A stretch of 64,000 bases of DNA from Candidatus Spongiisociaceae bacterium (GCA_965262915.1 OZ253564.1:4832001-4896000), one strand, 5' to 3'; shown: positions 10,465 to 20,877, numbered from the stretch's first letter. A program made the numbers and translations. The notes: generated from the letters alone by a model not told the origin.

Positions 10465-11019
10465 CTAGTTCATCCTCGGATCGGCGGGGTACGTGGCGAA
10501 CCAGGCATAGCGACCCCCGGCCCGCCGCAGAACCTCTTCCCACAACTGCTCGGGGGCCTCGGTAAATACGTCGTCAGCCACGCCATCGACTACGAACCAG
10601 CCATTGGCGGACAACTCCGACTCGAGCTGGCCCGGACCCCACCCGCTGTATCCGGTGAACACCCGCGCTTCGAGACCGGAGTCCGCCCCGGGCTCGACTT
10701 CGAGATCGACCGCCCGGATCCCCAGAACCTCCGGCCACCCCTCCAACGGCGCCGAACCGGCCCCCCTGGCCAGACCGATCCCCCCTCCTTCCCCGACCGG
10801 ACCGCCGACGAACACCACACGGGGGTTGACCGCAGCCGACCACCACGCCGGAAGATGTTCCAGCAGATCAGCCTGCGTAGGCCGGTTGAGCACCACGCCC
10901 ACCGCTCCCTCCGGCGAGTGCTCGACCATGAGCACCACCGTCCGGGCAAAGTTCGGATCCAGCATCCCCGGCACCGCCACTAGCAGCCGTCCCGCGAGTG
11001 ACTCGAACTCCTCACCCAT
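10465..11019 (-). CDS. YqgE/AlgH (DUF179) family protein
   Basis: LLVAVPGMLDPNFARTVV, GVVLNRP, GGPV, GYSGWGPGQLESE. Confidence 0.9.
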   Translation of the reverse strand: MGEEFESLAGRLLVAVPGMLDPNFARTVVLMVEHSPEGAVGVVLNRPTQADLLEHLPAWWSAAVNPRVVFVGGPVGEGGGIGLARGAGSAPLEGWPEVLGIRAVDLEVEPGADSGLEARVFTGYSGWGPGQLESELSANGWFVVDGVADDVFTEAPEQLWEEVLRRAGGRYAWFATYPADPRMN

Positions 11020-11299
11020 CGGTCTCCTCCCCGCGGGCGTGCTCGGTGATCGCTACCGATGTCGTCATGAGTATCCCGAATCTTGCCACATCCTGGGGAA
11101 CGTACCGCAGCCAAGGCGGGTTTCTACCCCCAAGCTGATCTAGGCCTGCCGGACCATCACTGAATCGAGGCACGGCCCTATCCCGCTCCAACGACCACGC
11201 CGGACAGGTGTTGCCGGGGCTCCGGCCCCGGCCTTCATTGAGCGGAGCCGCCGGGTAGCCATATCGTACCGACGGGTGGTGGTGTTGCCGGGGCTCCGG

Positions 11300-11646
11300 C
11301 CCCGGCCTTCAGTGATCGCCATCACCTCCATGCTGGCCGGAACCAGGATCGACCGCACCAGGGTGGCGTCCAGGAGCACGGCCACCGCCAGACCGAAGCC
11401 CATGAGCTGGTTGACGATGGTCCGCCCGGTCGCGAACGCACCGAAAACCACGACCACGATGAGGGTCGCCGCCGCTAATAATCCCGGCGGTCGAACGCAG
11501 CCCGTAGGCCACCGCCTCGGTGTTCTGGTCTCGTCGTAGCGTTCGCGTATCCGGCTCAACAGGAAGACGTGGTAGTCCATGGACAGCCCGAACAGGACGG
11601 CGAAGAGGAACAGCGGCATCCAGGGGTCGATCATGTCGGCGTGCAC
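11300..11646 (-). pseudogene. C-terminal fragment of an MMPL transporter, frameshifted
   Basis: LFAVLFGLSMDYHVFLLSRIRERYD...GFGLAVAVLLDATLVRSILVPA; middle part (NTEAVAYGLRSTAGII) in another frame. Confidence 0.8.
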
Positions 11647-11967
11647 GGCCGCAGGAACGGGTATCGGGACCGCTACATCGAGGCCGCGTTGAGGTTCGGT
11701 ACCGCTCCGGGTCGCGCTGGTCTGCCCAACTCACTCGGCCGCACCCGGTGTGGCGCCTAGCGAAATCGGCCCCTCGGCCTTCGCTCCGATTGTCGGGCCC
11801 ACCTGCTGCCACCCGACGGTGTCGTCGGGTTTGGTGTCCGTGATCCGACTGATGACGATCGAGGGCAATCCCCGGGCGGGATCGGCAGTCCTCCTACACT
11901 CGCCGACGTATAGAACATAAGGTGTGGCAAACGAGGAAACCCACCGATGCGGGATGGAGGTAGTCGC

Positions 11968-13497
11968 TTGGCCGATTCCGTGATACAACCCAACATCCTC
12001 TTCGTGATGGCAGACCAGTTGGCTCCGCACTTCACCGGCGCATACGGCCACCCGCTGGTACGCACGCCGGCCATGGATGCTCTCGTGGAGCGGGGAGCCC
12101 GCTTCGACGCCGCCTACTGCCCCTCCCCGCTGTGCGCCCCGTCCCGGTTCTCGATGCTGACCGGCCAACCGGCGTCGGCGATCGGCGCCTGGGACAACGC
12201 CGCCGAGCTGCCCGCATCGGTGCCGACCCTGGCCCACTACCTCCGCCTGGCCGGGTACCGCACCACGCTCTCCGGGAAGATGCACTTCGTGGGACCCGAC
12301 CAACTCCACGGCTTCGACGAGCGCCTCACCACCGACATCTACCCGGCCGATTTCGCCTGGACCCCCAACTGGGACGCCCCCGAGGAGCGTATCGACAAGT
12401 GGTACCACAACATGGACAGCCTCTCGGAGGCCGGCCAGGCGCTGGCCACCTACCAGATCGACTACGACGAGGAGGTCGGCTTCGCCGCCGTGCGACACCT
12501 CTACCACCTGGCCCGGGACCCCGACCGGCGGCCCTTCTTCCTGGCGGCGTCCTTCATCCATCCCCACGACCCCTACGTGGCCCGCCCCGAGTGGTGGAAC
12601 CTCTACGACCACGACCACATCGACCTCCCCGACGTTCCCCCGCTCGAATCGCTCGACCCCCACACCGTCCGCATCCGCCGCGGGATCGAGGCCGACACCA
12701 TCGGCTACACCGAGGCCCAGTGCCGCAACGCCCGGCACGCCTACTACGCCAACACGAGCTACTTCGACTCGTGGCTGGGCGCCCTCGTGCGGGCACTGGA
12801 GGAGACCGGGCAACTCGACAGTACGGTGGTCATCGTCACCAGCGACCACGGCGACATGCTGGGCGACCGGGGGGCCTGGTTCAAGATGTCCTGCTACGAG
12901 CGATCTGCGCGTGTTCCGCTGATCATGGCGGGGCCGGGGATCGCCGACCGCACCGTCCCCAATGCCTGCTCCCTCCTGGATCTGCTCCCCACCCTGGTCG
13001 ACATCGCCACCGATGGAGACCCGCGGCCCGAAGCGCCCGTGCCGCCCGCCGGTCGCAGCCTCTGGGAATCAGCCACCGGAGGCGCTGACCCCGTGGATCT
13101 GGCCACCGTCGAGTACACCGGCGAGATGCTCAGCCATCCGATGTTCATGATCAGGCGCGGCTCCTTCAAGTACATACATTGCGACGCCGATCCACCCCTG
13201 CTGTACAACGTGGTGGCCGACCCGCTGGAGGAAACCAACCTGGCCGGCCACCCCGACCACGCCGACCTGGCCGCCGGCTTCGCGGACGAGGTGGCCCGGC
13301 GCTGGGACAGCACTGCCATCCGCGAGCGGGTCCTGGTCTCCCAGCGCACCCGTCGTCTCCTGCAAGCTGCGATGGAGACAGGCGAACGTATCTCATGGGA
13401 CTACACGCCCGTACGCGACGCCGCCAACGAATACATCCGCAACCACATGGACTGGGCCGAGGCCGGCCCACGCACCCGCTACCCACCACTCGGCTGA
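11968..13497 (+). CDS. betC: Choline sulfatase
   Basis: PNILFVMADQ, formylglycine motif CAPSR, GKMHFVGPDQLHGF, TTDIYPADF, WYHNM; TTG start after GGAGG. Confidence 0.88.
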   Translation: MADSVIQPNILFVMADQLAPHFTGAYGHPLVRTPAMDALVERGARFDAAYCPSPLCAPSRFSMLTGQPASAIGAWDNAAELPASVPTLAHYLRLAGYRTTLSGKMHFVGPDQLHGFDERLTTDIYPADFAWTPNWDAPEERIDKWYHNMDSLSEAGQALATYQIDYDEEVGFAAVRHLYHLARDPDRRPFFLAASFIHPHDPYVARPEWWNLYDHDHIDLPDVPPLESLDPHTVRIRRGIEADTIGYTEAQCRNARHAYYANTSYFDSWLGALVRALEETGQLDSTVVIVTSDHGDMLGDRGAWFKMSCYERSARVPLIMAGPGIADRTVPNACSLLDLLPTLVDIATDGDPRPEAPVPPAGRSLWESATGGADPVDLATVEYTGEMLSHPMFMIRRGSFKYIHCDADPPLLYNVVADPLEETNLAGHPDHADLAAGFADEVARRWDSTAIRERVLVSQRTRRLLQAAMETGERISWDYTPVRDAANEYIRNHMDWAEAGPRTRYPPLG

Positions 13498-13746
13498 GGG
13501 CGATTGCTCTGGTCCGGAAGCGGATCGCGAGGGTATGGGAGCGGGAGTGGGGCTTTCGCTAATCGAAGCAAGTCCTGTTTGACACCCCCGTGCGTGGACT
13601 TCCCTCTACGAGGGCGCTGGGATACCCCCAATGGCTCGACGATCGATAACAAAGCCGCATCAGGCGACGACGTTTCAACCGTTGTCACCGTTTTCCAGCG
13701 CCCTCCCAACTCGCCCACCGTTCGAGGTGGACTACTCAGGTATCGA

Positions 13747-13890
13747 TTACGCCCTCCGCCCATCCCAGGATGCGGTGTCCCCTATCTCAGTCAGAGCCCT
13801 CACGTCGGTAGTGTGCCTCCGGGCAGCACGCCGTAGCCATTCCTCCGCTACTTCGCGATACTGTTCGGGAGCTTGCTCACAGGGTGCCAT
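13747..13890 (-). pseudogene. Probable truncated HEPN-domain toxin
   Basis: Overlaps MNT stop; starts MAPCEQAPEQYREVAEEWLRRAAR (HEPN-like helix) and stops after 47 aa. Confidence 0.45.
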
Positions 13891-14350
13891 TGGAGTGCTT
13901 GTCGAACACCAAGCGCCCTTCTTCCTGAGCCCACATGCAGGGGCTGACCACCAGATACCGCATACGCGTGAGGTCCTCGACATCGGTAACAAACACATTC
14001 ACGGGGTAGGGGCAGAAAAACCGTGCCACGTATCTGATCTCCCTCTCCCACCGATCCCAGATCTCTACCGGCATCCCGTCGAAGGCCACGAGAAGGTCGA
14101 TGTCAGATCGGAAGGTGTCCTCTCCCCTTACGGTCGATCCGAACAGGTAGACCTTGTCGGGGTCGAACATCAACGCAACGTCGATCGCCTGGCGGACCCA
14201 ATCCCGGGGAAGTCCCGTGTAAGGCAGGGGCGTCTGCCCGTTGCTGACGGCCCGGCCCTGGCGCTCCAGCATGTCGACATCCGGATGCCCCACCTTGGGG
14301 ATGGCCCAATCCGTTCTCACGGTCAGGGACCCGGCCGAAGCGGGGGTCAT
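13877..14350 (-). CDS. Minimal nucleotidyltransferase (MNT/MntA-like)
   Basis: VYLFGSTVRGEDTFRSDIDLLV (GSx10DxD). Confidence 0.8.
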   Translation of the reverse strand: MTPASAGSLTVRTDWAIPKVGHPDVDMLERQGRAVSNGQTPLPYTGLPRDWVRQAIDVALMFDPDKVYLFGSTVRGEDTFRSDIDLLVAFDGMPVEIWDRWEREIRYVARFFCPYPVNVFVTDVEDLTRMRYLVVSPCMWAQEEGRLVFDKHSNGTL

Positions 14351-14553
14351 GAAGCGGTACCCATCGCCGCGACTCCTTCCAAGGGACGGGAAAGCCCGTG
14401 TGTCCGCCCCGTTGATGCGTCGTGGTTCCCAGGATAGTTAGGGTTCGTGTCTGCCCGGACGTCCCCCCCGGGGGTTCGCAGACGGCGCCGCCGGTCGACT
14501 CCGGCGTCGACGACGACCGGCAGGCGGGAGAGTCATTACAATACGGCACCGAT

Positions 14554-15849
14554 ATGTCACAAGCTTCCATGGCATTGCAGCGGGGAGTGGCGAGTCGTGT
14601 CGCCCAGCGGAGGCTGGCGGCGGCGGGCACCGAGACCCGGACCGAGGTGCTGCGGCATCTGGAGCGTCTGCTTCGCGAGCGGGAGTCCGACCTGGTTGCC
14701 GCCAACAAGCTCGACCTCGAAGCGCCCGGGGCCGGGGATCTTCCGGGACCGATCCTCAAACGGCTGGCGCTGTCGTCCTCCAAGCTGGAAACCCTGCGCG
14801 AGGGCGTGCGGGTCCTCATCGACAACCCCGACCCGGTGGGGAAGCCGCTGCTCCGGCGTGAACTCGACGACGGACTGGTGCTGGAGCAGGTGCGGGTCCC
14901 GATCGGAGTCCTGCTCATCGTCTTCGAGAGCCGCCCCGACGCGGTGATACAGATCGGCTCCCTCGCCCTGCGCACCGGCAATGCGGTGCTGATGAAGGGT
15001 GGATCGGAGGCCCTGCACTCCAACCGGGCCCTCACCGACCTGCTCCGCGAGGCGGTGGCCGAGGCGGGCGCCCACCCCGACGTGGTGCAGAACGTGGAAG
15101 GCCGGGAGGCGGTGACCGACCTGCTGGCGATGGACGAGTACATCGACCTGGTGATCCCCCGGGGCTCGGCGCAGCTGGTGCGCTCGATCAAGTCCGCCTC
15201 GCGGATCCCGGTACTGGGCCACGCCGACGGTATCTGCCACGTGTACGTGGATGCCGCCGCCGATCCCGGCATGGCGGTCAGGGTGACCGTCGACGCCAAG
15301 ACCAACTACGTGGCGGTGTGCAACGCCGCGGAGACCCTACTGCTCCACCGTGACTTCCCGGCCGGATCCGCCGTGGTAGAAGCACTGCTGGAAGCCGGAG
15401 TAGAGGTTCGGGGAGACAAAGCCGTGCAGGCGATGGCGTCAGGCGTCGTCGCCGCCTCGGAGTCCGACTACGGCCAAGAGTTCGGGGACTTGACCATTGC
15501 CGCCCGGGTGGTCGACGGACTCGAATCCGCCATAGAACACATCCACTCGTACGGATCCGCTCACACCGACACGATCGTGACCGAGGATCCCCGAAACGCT
15601 CGGCACTTCCTCGATACCGTGGACGCCTCTTCCGTGTTCTGGAACGCAAGCACGCGGTTCGCCGACGGATTCCGCTACGGGCTGGGCGCGGAGGTGGGCA
15701 TCGCCACCGGGCGCGTCCACGCGCGCGGGCCGATGGGAGCGGAGGGTCTGTTCACCACCAAGTGGCTGCTGAGCGGCAACGGCCACGTGGTGGGCGACTA
15801 CGGACCCGGCAAGAGGTCCTACACACACCGGGATCTCCCGCTCGACTGA
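14554..15849 (+). CDS. proA: Gamma-glutamyl phosphate reductase
   Basis: VPIGVLLIVFESRPD, KGGSEA, VCNAAET, NASTRFADGFRYGLGAEVGI, HARGPMG. Confidence 0.95.
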   Translation: MSQASMALQRGVASRVAQRRLAAAGTETRTEVLRHLERLLRERESDLVAANKLDLEAPGAGDLPGPILKRLALSSSKLETLREGVRVLIDNPDPVGKPLLRRELDDGLVLEQVRVPIGVLLIVFESRPDAVIQIGSLALRTGNAVLMKGGSEALHSNRALTDLLREAVAEAGAHPDVVQNVEGREAVTDLLAMDEYIDLVIPRGSAQLVRSIKSASRIPVLGHADGICHVYVDAAADPGMAVRVTVDAKTNYVAVCNAAETLLLHRDFPAGSAVVEALLEAGVEVRGDKAVQAMASGVVAASESDYGQEFGDLTIAARVVDGLESAIEHIHSYGSAHTDTIVTEDPRNARHFLDTVDASSVFWNASTRFADGFRYGLGAEVGIATGRVHARGPMGAEGLFTTKWLLSGNGHVVGDYGPGKRSYTHRDLPLD

Positions 15850-16033
15850 CCTGCGCCCGCGGCCCGCGGCCCCAGGGCCGTCCCGGCCCGAACACCGAGA
15901 TCGCGAAACCCCGAATTCCCGGCTCCCCTGCGGGCCTCCCCCGTCGTCCCGAGTTCCACTCGGTCGTAGCGGGTTCCAGGAGCCGGCCGCAAATGTCATC
16001 CGCCCATCCGCGCCTGCCCTGTCGCAGGGTGAC

Positions 16034-16474
16034 TCACAGGACCAGCAGGACCACCGTCTCGGCCACGCAGGCGGGCCTGTCACTGCCTTCCAATTCGACC
16101 GTGACCCTCTCCTTGAGCTTTAGACCCTTCGGCGTCTCCGACACCTCCGACAGCTCCGAGACCACCCGCACCCTCGACCCGGCGGGCACCGGGGAGACGA
16201 AGCGAACCCGGTCGAGGCCGTAGTTGATGGTCATCTTCACCCCCGGTGTCTCCAGGAGCGGACCGATGCCGGGTATCAGCGCCAGGGTCATGAAGCCGTG
16301 GGCGATAGTGGTGCCGAACGGACCCCGAGCGGCCCGCTCTCCATCGACATGGATCCACTGGTGGTCGCAGGTGGCGTCCGCGAACATGTCGATGGCCGCC
16401 TGGGTCACGGTGTGCCATTCGCCCACCCCGGTAACCTCGCCGACCTTCGCCGCCAGATCCTCCTTGACGCCCAT
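16034..16474 (-). CDS. MaoC-family dehydratase
   Basis: FADATCDHQWIHVD, TIAHGF, NYGLDRVRF. Confidence 0.9.
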   Translation of the reverse strand: MGVKEDLAAKVGEVTGVGEWHTVTQAAIDMFADATCDHQWIHVDGERAARGPFGTTIAHGFMTLALIPGIGPLLETPGVKMTINYGLDRVRFVSPVPAGSRVRVVSELSEVSETPKGLKLKERVTVELEGSDRPACVAETVVLLVL

Positions 16475-16534
16475 GAGCCCTCCTGCCGTCGGGAGCACGC
16501 TAACGGATCGGATGAGGGCCCGGCCCCGACCGAG

Positions 16535-17260
16535 CTAACCGCCCGTGTCGTCGAGGGCGAGGCGGATCCGCCTGAAACCCCGGCCCTTCGACTGGATCTT
16601 GGTGATCTTCACCCCGCCGACCTCGGCGGTCGACCCCACGTGGGTGCCGCCGTCGGCCTGACGGTCCAGGCCCACTATGTCGATGACCCGGATCCGGCGC
16701 ACGGACGGTGGGATCAGGTTGACCTTGGTACGGATCAGGCTCGGATCCCGATCGGCCTCCTCCCTGGGTAGGAAGTACACCTCGATAGGGTGGTGGCGGG
16801 CGATAGCGGCGTTCAACGCCTCCTCCAGCGGTGTGCGGTTCTCCGGGTTCCAGTCGGGCATCTCGAAGTCCAGGCGGCCGCGGCCCGGCTCCATGTTCCC
16901 GCCGGTGACGGGGCTGCGGAACCATTCCCAGACCACGCCGCACAGCGCGTGCATGGATGTGTGGGTCCGCATCAGCAGGTAACGCCGCTCCCAGTCGATC
17001 CGGCCCTCCACCCGGGTGCCGACACCGGGCAGGCCTCCTTCCAGCCAGTGCCACACCCCGTCGGAGTCCTGGGTGACCCTCGCGACCTCCAGCCGGTCCT
17101 CCCCCACCCACAGCGCTCCCCGGTCGATCGGCTGGCCACCGCCACCCGGATAGAACACCGTCCGGTCGAGCAGCACCCGCCCGTCGTCGGTATCGGTCCC
17201 TACGACCTCGGCGGTCATCCGGGATGCGTAGGCATCGGTCGAGTAGATACGTTCGGTCAT
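16535..17260 (-). CDS. alaX: Free-standing alanyl-tRNA editing protein (AlaX)
   Basis: TVFYPGGGGQP, MRTHTSMH, DGGTHV. Confidence 0.88.
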   Translation of the reverse strand: MTERIYSTDAYASRMTAEVVGTDTDDGRVLLDRTVFYPGGGGQPIDRGALWVGEDRLEVARVTQDSDGVWHWLEGGLPGVGTRVEGRIDWERRYLLMRTHTSMHALCGVVWEWFRSPVTGGNMEPGRGRLDFEMPDWNPENRTPLEEALNAAIARHHPIEVYFLPREEADRDPSLIRTKVNLIPPSVRRIRVIDIVGLDRQADGGTHVGSTAEVGGVKITKIQSKGRGFRRIRLALDDTGG

Positions 17261-17270
17261 CCCCCCAACC

Positions 17271-17424
17271 TAGTGGTCTGCCTGCAAGACAACCTGCCGT
17301 GCTCTGCTTGCCATCGACGCCCCTCGCTGCGTTCCGTCTCGTCGGGTATGCCTTCGTCGGCGGGCCTTGCGAGGAACACCGCTGCCGGCGCATACCACGC
17401 CGCCATTTCACAGACAGACCACTA
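17271..17424. mobile_element. MITE family A, copy 1
   Basis: TIR TAGTGGTCTGCCTG...CAGACAGACCACTA; homologous to 40954-41118 and 44325-44398. Confidence 0.8.
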
Positions 17425-17491
17425 CCGCCTTCGGCGCCGATTACCACCCGGCGGACCGGGTTCGAGTCCGCCGGGTGGGGTAGGAGGTGCA

Positions 17492-17921
17492 TCATCCGGC
17501 CCGGGACGGCTCGACACCGTCGCCACCGGATCCGGAGCCTTCCCGGTCGGCTCGGAAGAAGCGTGTGGTCGGGTATGCCGGCTCGACCCGTGGCGCCTCG
17601 GCAAGTTCAGGGAGGAGATCCTGCCAGATCTTCGAGGTGACGAGCCTCCACGAGCAGGCGGCCCGTAACCATCACCCCGGAGTCGATGGCCTTGACGTAC
17701 ACCTGGGGCGACAGATTCCGGTAGAGGCTGAAGTTCCGGCTGGCGGTCGCCTCCGGGTGGCCCACCTCGCCGGCCTGCTCGGGGTCGACCGCGTAGGTCT
17801 CGATCCGGGTCACGACCGTACGGAGCACCAAGTACCTGAGGGTGAAGATGATGACGAGGAAGAGCAGGCTCAGGCCCAGGTTCAGGGCATGGTCGGAGAG
17901 AAGAACCAGGAACTGATCCAT
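17492..17921 (-). pseudogene. MscS mechanosensitive channel remnant (internal deletion plus frameshift)
   Basis: N-terminal TM joined to YRNLSPQVYVKAIDSGV, then other frame KIWQDLL...AYPTTRFF typical of MscS C-termini. Confidence 0.6.
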
Positions 17922-18055
17922 GTGCCGGTCACGCTACCCGGCTTCCCGACCCCGACCCTTACCGAGCGGTGTCAGATTCGGTCCGGCCCGCCTCGATACG
18001 CTCCAACCGCATCGAGGATCCACACTCGTCCGGGACGGCCGGCGTCAGGCCGGGA

Positions 18056-18358
18056 TCATCCGGTCTCGCGGAGCTGCCTGAGAAAGATCCGTCGGAGCCT
18101 GCGGCGCTCGCCCCGGGTGGTGCCGCCCCAGATCCCTTCGGTCTGGTTGCTCTCGATCGCGTACGACAGGCACTCCCAGGCGACTGGACAGGGAGCGCAG
18201 ACTTGCTTGGCCCTCTCGACACCTATGCAGTTCCCCGGGTCGGGGAAGAACACCTCAGGGTCGAGGCCCCGGCAGGCAGCCCGGTCACGCCACGAGATCT
18301 CGTCGCCGACGGCAGGCTCGAGGGCCGGTTCGCTTACAACAAGTGATTGTTCATCCAT
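18056..18358 (-). CDS. WhiB-family Fe-S transcription factor
   Basis: WRDRAACRG..FFP..AKQVCAPCPVAWECL..GIWGGTT..ERR. Confidence 0.93.
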   Translation of the reverse strand: MDEQSLVVSEPALEPAVGDEISWRDRAACRGLDPEVFFPDPGNCIGVERAKQVCAPCPVAWECLSYAIESNQTEGIWGGTTRGERRRLRRIFLRQLRETG

Positions 18359-18442
18359 ACCTAGTACAACGCTATTCAGATGAGAATCATTCCTGTGCCG
18401 GCACAGTTAGAAGGTGAACAACAGGTTAACGACTATCGGGTT

Positions 18443-19678
18443 TCAGCCCGGGTAGGGGGGTGGAACCAGGCCGGGTTGGTAACGGGCCAACTCGCGCCGA
18501 GCGACCGACCGGATGTGTACCTCGTCCGGTCCGTCGACGATCTGCAGGGCCCGCACCTGCGCGTACATGTGCGCCAGCGGGAAGTCTCCCGACACCCCGG
18601 CGGCGCCGAACAACTGGATGGCCCGGTCGAGTACCAGCTTCGCCATCCTCGGGACCGCCACCTTGATGGCCGAGATCTCGATCCGGGCCGACCGGACTCC
18701 AACGGTATCGATCAGCCAGGCGGTCTTGAGCACCAGCAGGCGGGCCTGCTCGATCAGGATGCGCGAGTCGGCGATCCAGTCCTGTACCACTCCGTGGTCG
18801 GACAGAGCCGATCCGAAAGTCTCCCTGGCCTTGGCCCGGGAACACATCAAGTCGAAGGCCCGTTCCGCCATGCCGATCGCCCGCATGCAGTGATGGATCC
18901 TCCCCGGACCCAGCCGGGCCTGGGCGATCGCGAAGCCCGCTCCCCGCTCCCCGATCAGGTTCGAGACGGGCACCCTCACCCCGTCGAAGTGGATGGTGGC
19001 GTGCCCTCCCCGCTCGTGGTAACCGAAGATCGAGGAATCCCCTTCGACCTGCACACCCGGTGTGTCCAGCGGCACCGCCACGATGCTCTGGCGGCGGTAG
19101 GGGTGACCGTCCGGATCGCTGACGCCCATGACCAGGGCCACCCGGCACCTGGGGCTCGCCGCCCCCGTCGAGAACCACTTGCGACCGCGAATGACGAAGT
19201 GGTCTCCTTCCTGGCGGATCTGCGTCCTGATGTTGCGGGGGTCCGACGAGGCCACATCGGGCTCGGTCATCGAGATGCACGAGCGGATCGAACCGTCCAG
19301 CAGCGGGTCGAGCCAGCGGCGTTTCTGCTCCTCGGTGCCGAACAGGTGGAGAGTCTCCATGTTGCCCGTGTCGGGCGCCGAGCAGTTGAGGGCCTCCGGC
19401 GCCAGGACGGGACTACGACCGGTTATCTCCGCCAGCGGCGCGTACTCGAGGACCGACAGCCCGGCTCCCAGAGCAGGGTCGGGAAGGAACAGGTTCCAGA
19501 GCCCTCTCGTCCGGGCCTCGGCCTTCAGGTCCTCCATTATCTGCGGGTGGTGGTGCGGGTCGCCGGCCACCGCCATCTGCTCGGCGTAGATAGCCTCCGC
19601 CGGGTAGACCCACTCGTCCATGTACTCCGTGAGCGCCTCCTGGAGCCTCTCCACCCGCGCGGAAAACTCGAAGTCCAG
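18443..19678 (-). CDS. Acyl-CoA dehydrogenase
   Basis: NCSAPDTGNME, MTEPDVASSD, AQARLGPGRIHHCMR, IVDGPDEVH; likely CTG start (alternative GTG 19654). Confidence 0.9.
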   Translation of the reverse strand: MDFEFSARVERLQEALTEYMDEWVYPAEAIYAEQMAVAGDPHHHPQIMEDLKAEARTRGLWNLFLPDPALGAGLSVLEYAPLAEITGRSPVLAPEALNCSAPDTGNMETLHLFGTEEQKRRWLDPLLDGSIRSCISMTEPDVASSDPRNIRTQIRQEGDHFVIRGRKWFSTGAASPRCRVALVMGVSDPDGHPYRRQSIVAVPLDTPGVQVEGDSSIFGYHERGGHATIHFDGVRVPVSNLIGERGAGFAIAQARLGPGRIHHCMRAIGMAERAFDLMCSRAKARETFGSALSDHGVVQDWIADSRILIEQARLLVLKTAWLIDTVGVRSARIEISAIKVAVPRMAKLVLDRAIQLFGAAGVSGDFPLAHMYAQVRALQIVDGPDEVHIRSVARRELARYQPGLVPPPYPG

Positions 19679-19951
19679 CTGCTACCTCCCCCGGTTCACG
19701 GCATCCAACGTTAGCCGACCTTCGTAGCACCTCATTCTCAGTCATAGGATGATCCAGTCACACCTATGGTTATCAGCCTCAATCCACCGCTCAGGCTCCT
19801 CGTCCCACACCACATGAGAACGACACAGACCAGATGTCCGGCCGACGCCGGATCTCCATCGGCGGTGGCGGGAACCGAACGGAGCGGGGGTGGGGTGAGT
19901 CGGTTCCGCGGAGGACCCGACCCCGCCGGGTGATCGCGGTGGATGCGTGTC

Positions 19952-20722
19952 TCACATGCTGGTGTAGCCGCCGTCGACCACCAGCAGGGAACCGGTCACG
20001 TAGGCGGCGGCCGGGGAGGCCAGGTACACGGCGGCACCCTGGATGTCCTCCGGCCGGCCGGGTCTGCCCAGGGGGATTCTGGCCATGTGGTAGTCCCACA
20101 CCTCGGGTTCGGCCTGCTGCGCGACCACCGGCGGGGTGAGCATGAAGCCGGGGGCGATGGCGTTGACCCGTATCCCGTATTCCGCCCACTCGACGGCCAG
20201 TGATCGGGTGAGCATGACGAGGGCCGCCTTGGCCGAGTGGTAGGCGGCATCGCGATCCGGGTAGAGCGCTTGGAGTCCCGCGATGCTGGCCATGTTGATG
20301 ATGCAACCTCGCCGCTGGATCGACATAGGACGGAAGGCGGCCTGGGAGAAGGCGAACGGCCCGAACACGTCCACCTCGTAGATCCGGCGGAAACGCTCGG
20401 GAGCGATGCCCTCGGCGGGGCCCAGCTCTCCTATCCCGGCGTTGTTGACGAGTATGTCGAGGCCTCCCCAGGCTTCGACCACCCGACCCACCGAGTTCTC
20501 GGCCACCCCCCGATCCGATACGTCAGCCACCAGCGCGACGGCTGTGCCGCCGGCCCGCTCGATCCTGGCGGTGGCGTCGACGGCCGCCGAGGGATCCCGG
20601 TCCAGGATCGCCACGCGAGCACCGTGCCCGGCCAGCGCGTCGGCTATAGCCCGGCCGAGACCGCTGCCGGCCCCGGTGATCAGGGCTCGCTCACCCTGCA
20701 GGTCGAAGAGATTCGAGATCAC
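19952..20722 (-). CDS. SDR-family oxidoreductase
   Basis: TGAGSGLG, NNAG, YHSAK, VNAIAPG. Confidence 0.92.
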   Translation of the reverse strand: MISNLFDLQGERALITGAGSGLGRAIADALAGHGARVAILDRDPSAAVDATARIERAGGTAVALVADVSDRGVAENSVGRVVEAWGGLDILVNNAGIGELGPAEGIAPERFRRIYEVDVFGPFAFSQAAFRPMSIQRRGCIINMASIAGLQALYPDRDAAYHSAKAALVMLTRSLAVEWAEYGIRVNAIAPGFMLTPPVVAQQAEPEVWDYHMARIPLGRPGRPEDIQGAAVYLASPAAAYVTGSLLVVDGGYTSM

Positions 20723-20877
20723 GGTGTTGTGTATACCAGGCAGGGTCGGCCGAACGCATCGGACTGGGAAGGATGGTCAATTAGACTGGCGGGGATTCCG
20801 GCTTGCCGAGCACCGCCCGGTCGGGTTACCGACCAGGCGGCGGAACCGAGGCAGCACTTTACCGGGGGTGACAAACC

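Noticed and set aside
18378-18432. Fur-like (TGAGAATCATT) or palindromic operator upstream of whiB
   Set aside because: Partial, single matches that cannot be distinguished from AT-rich promoter background.
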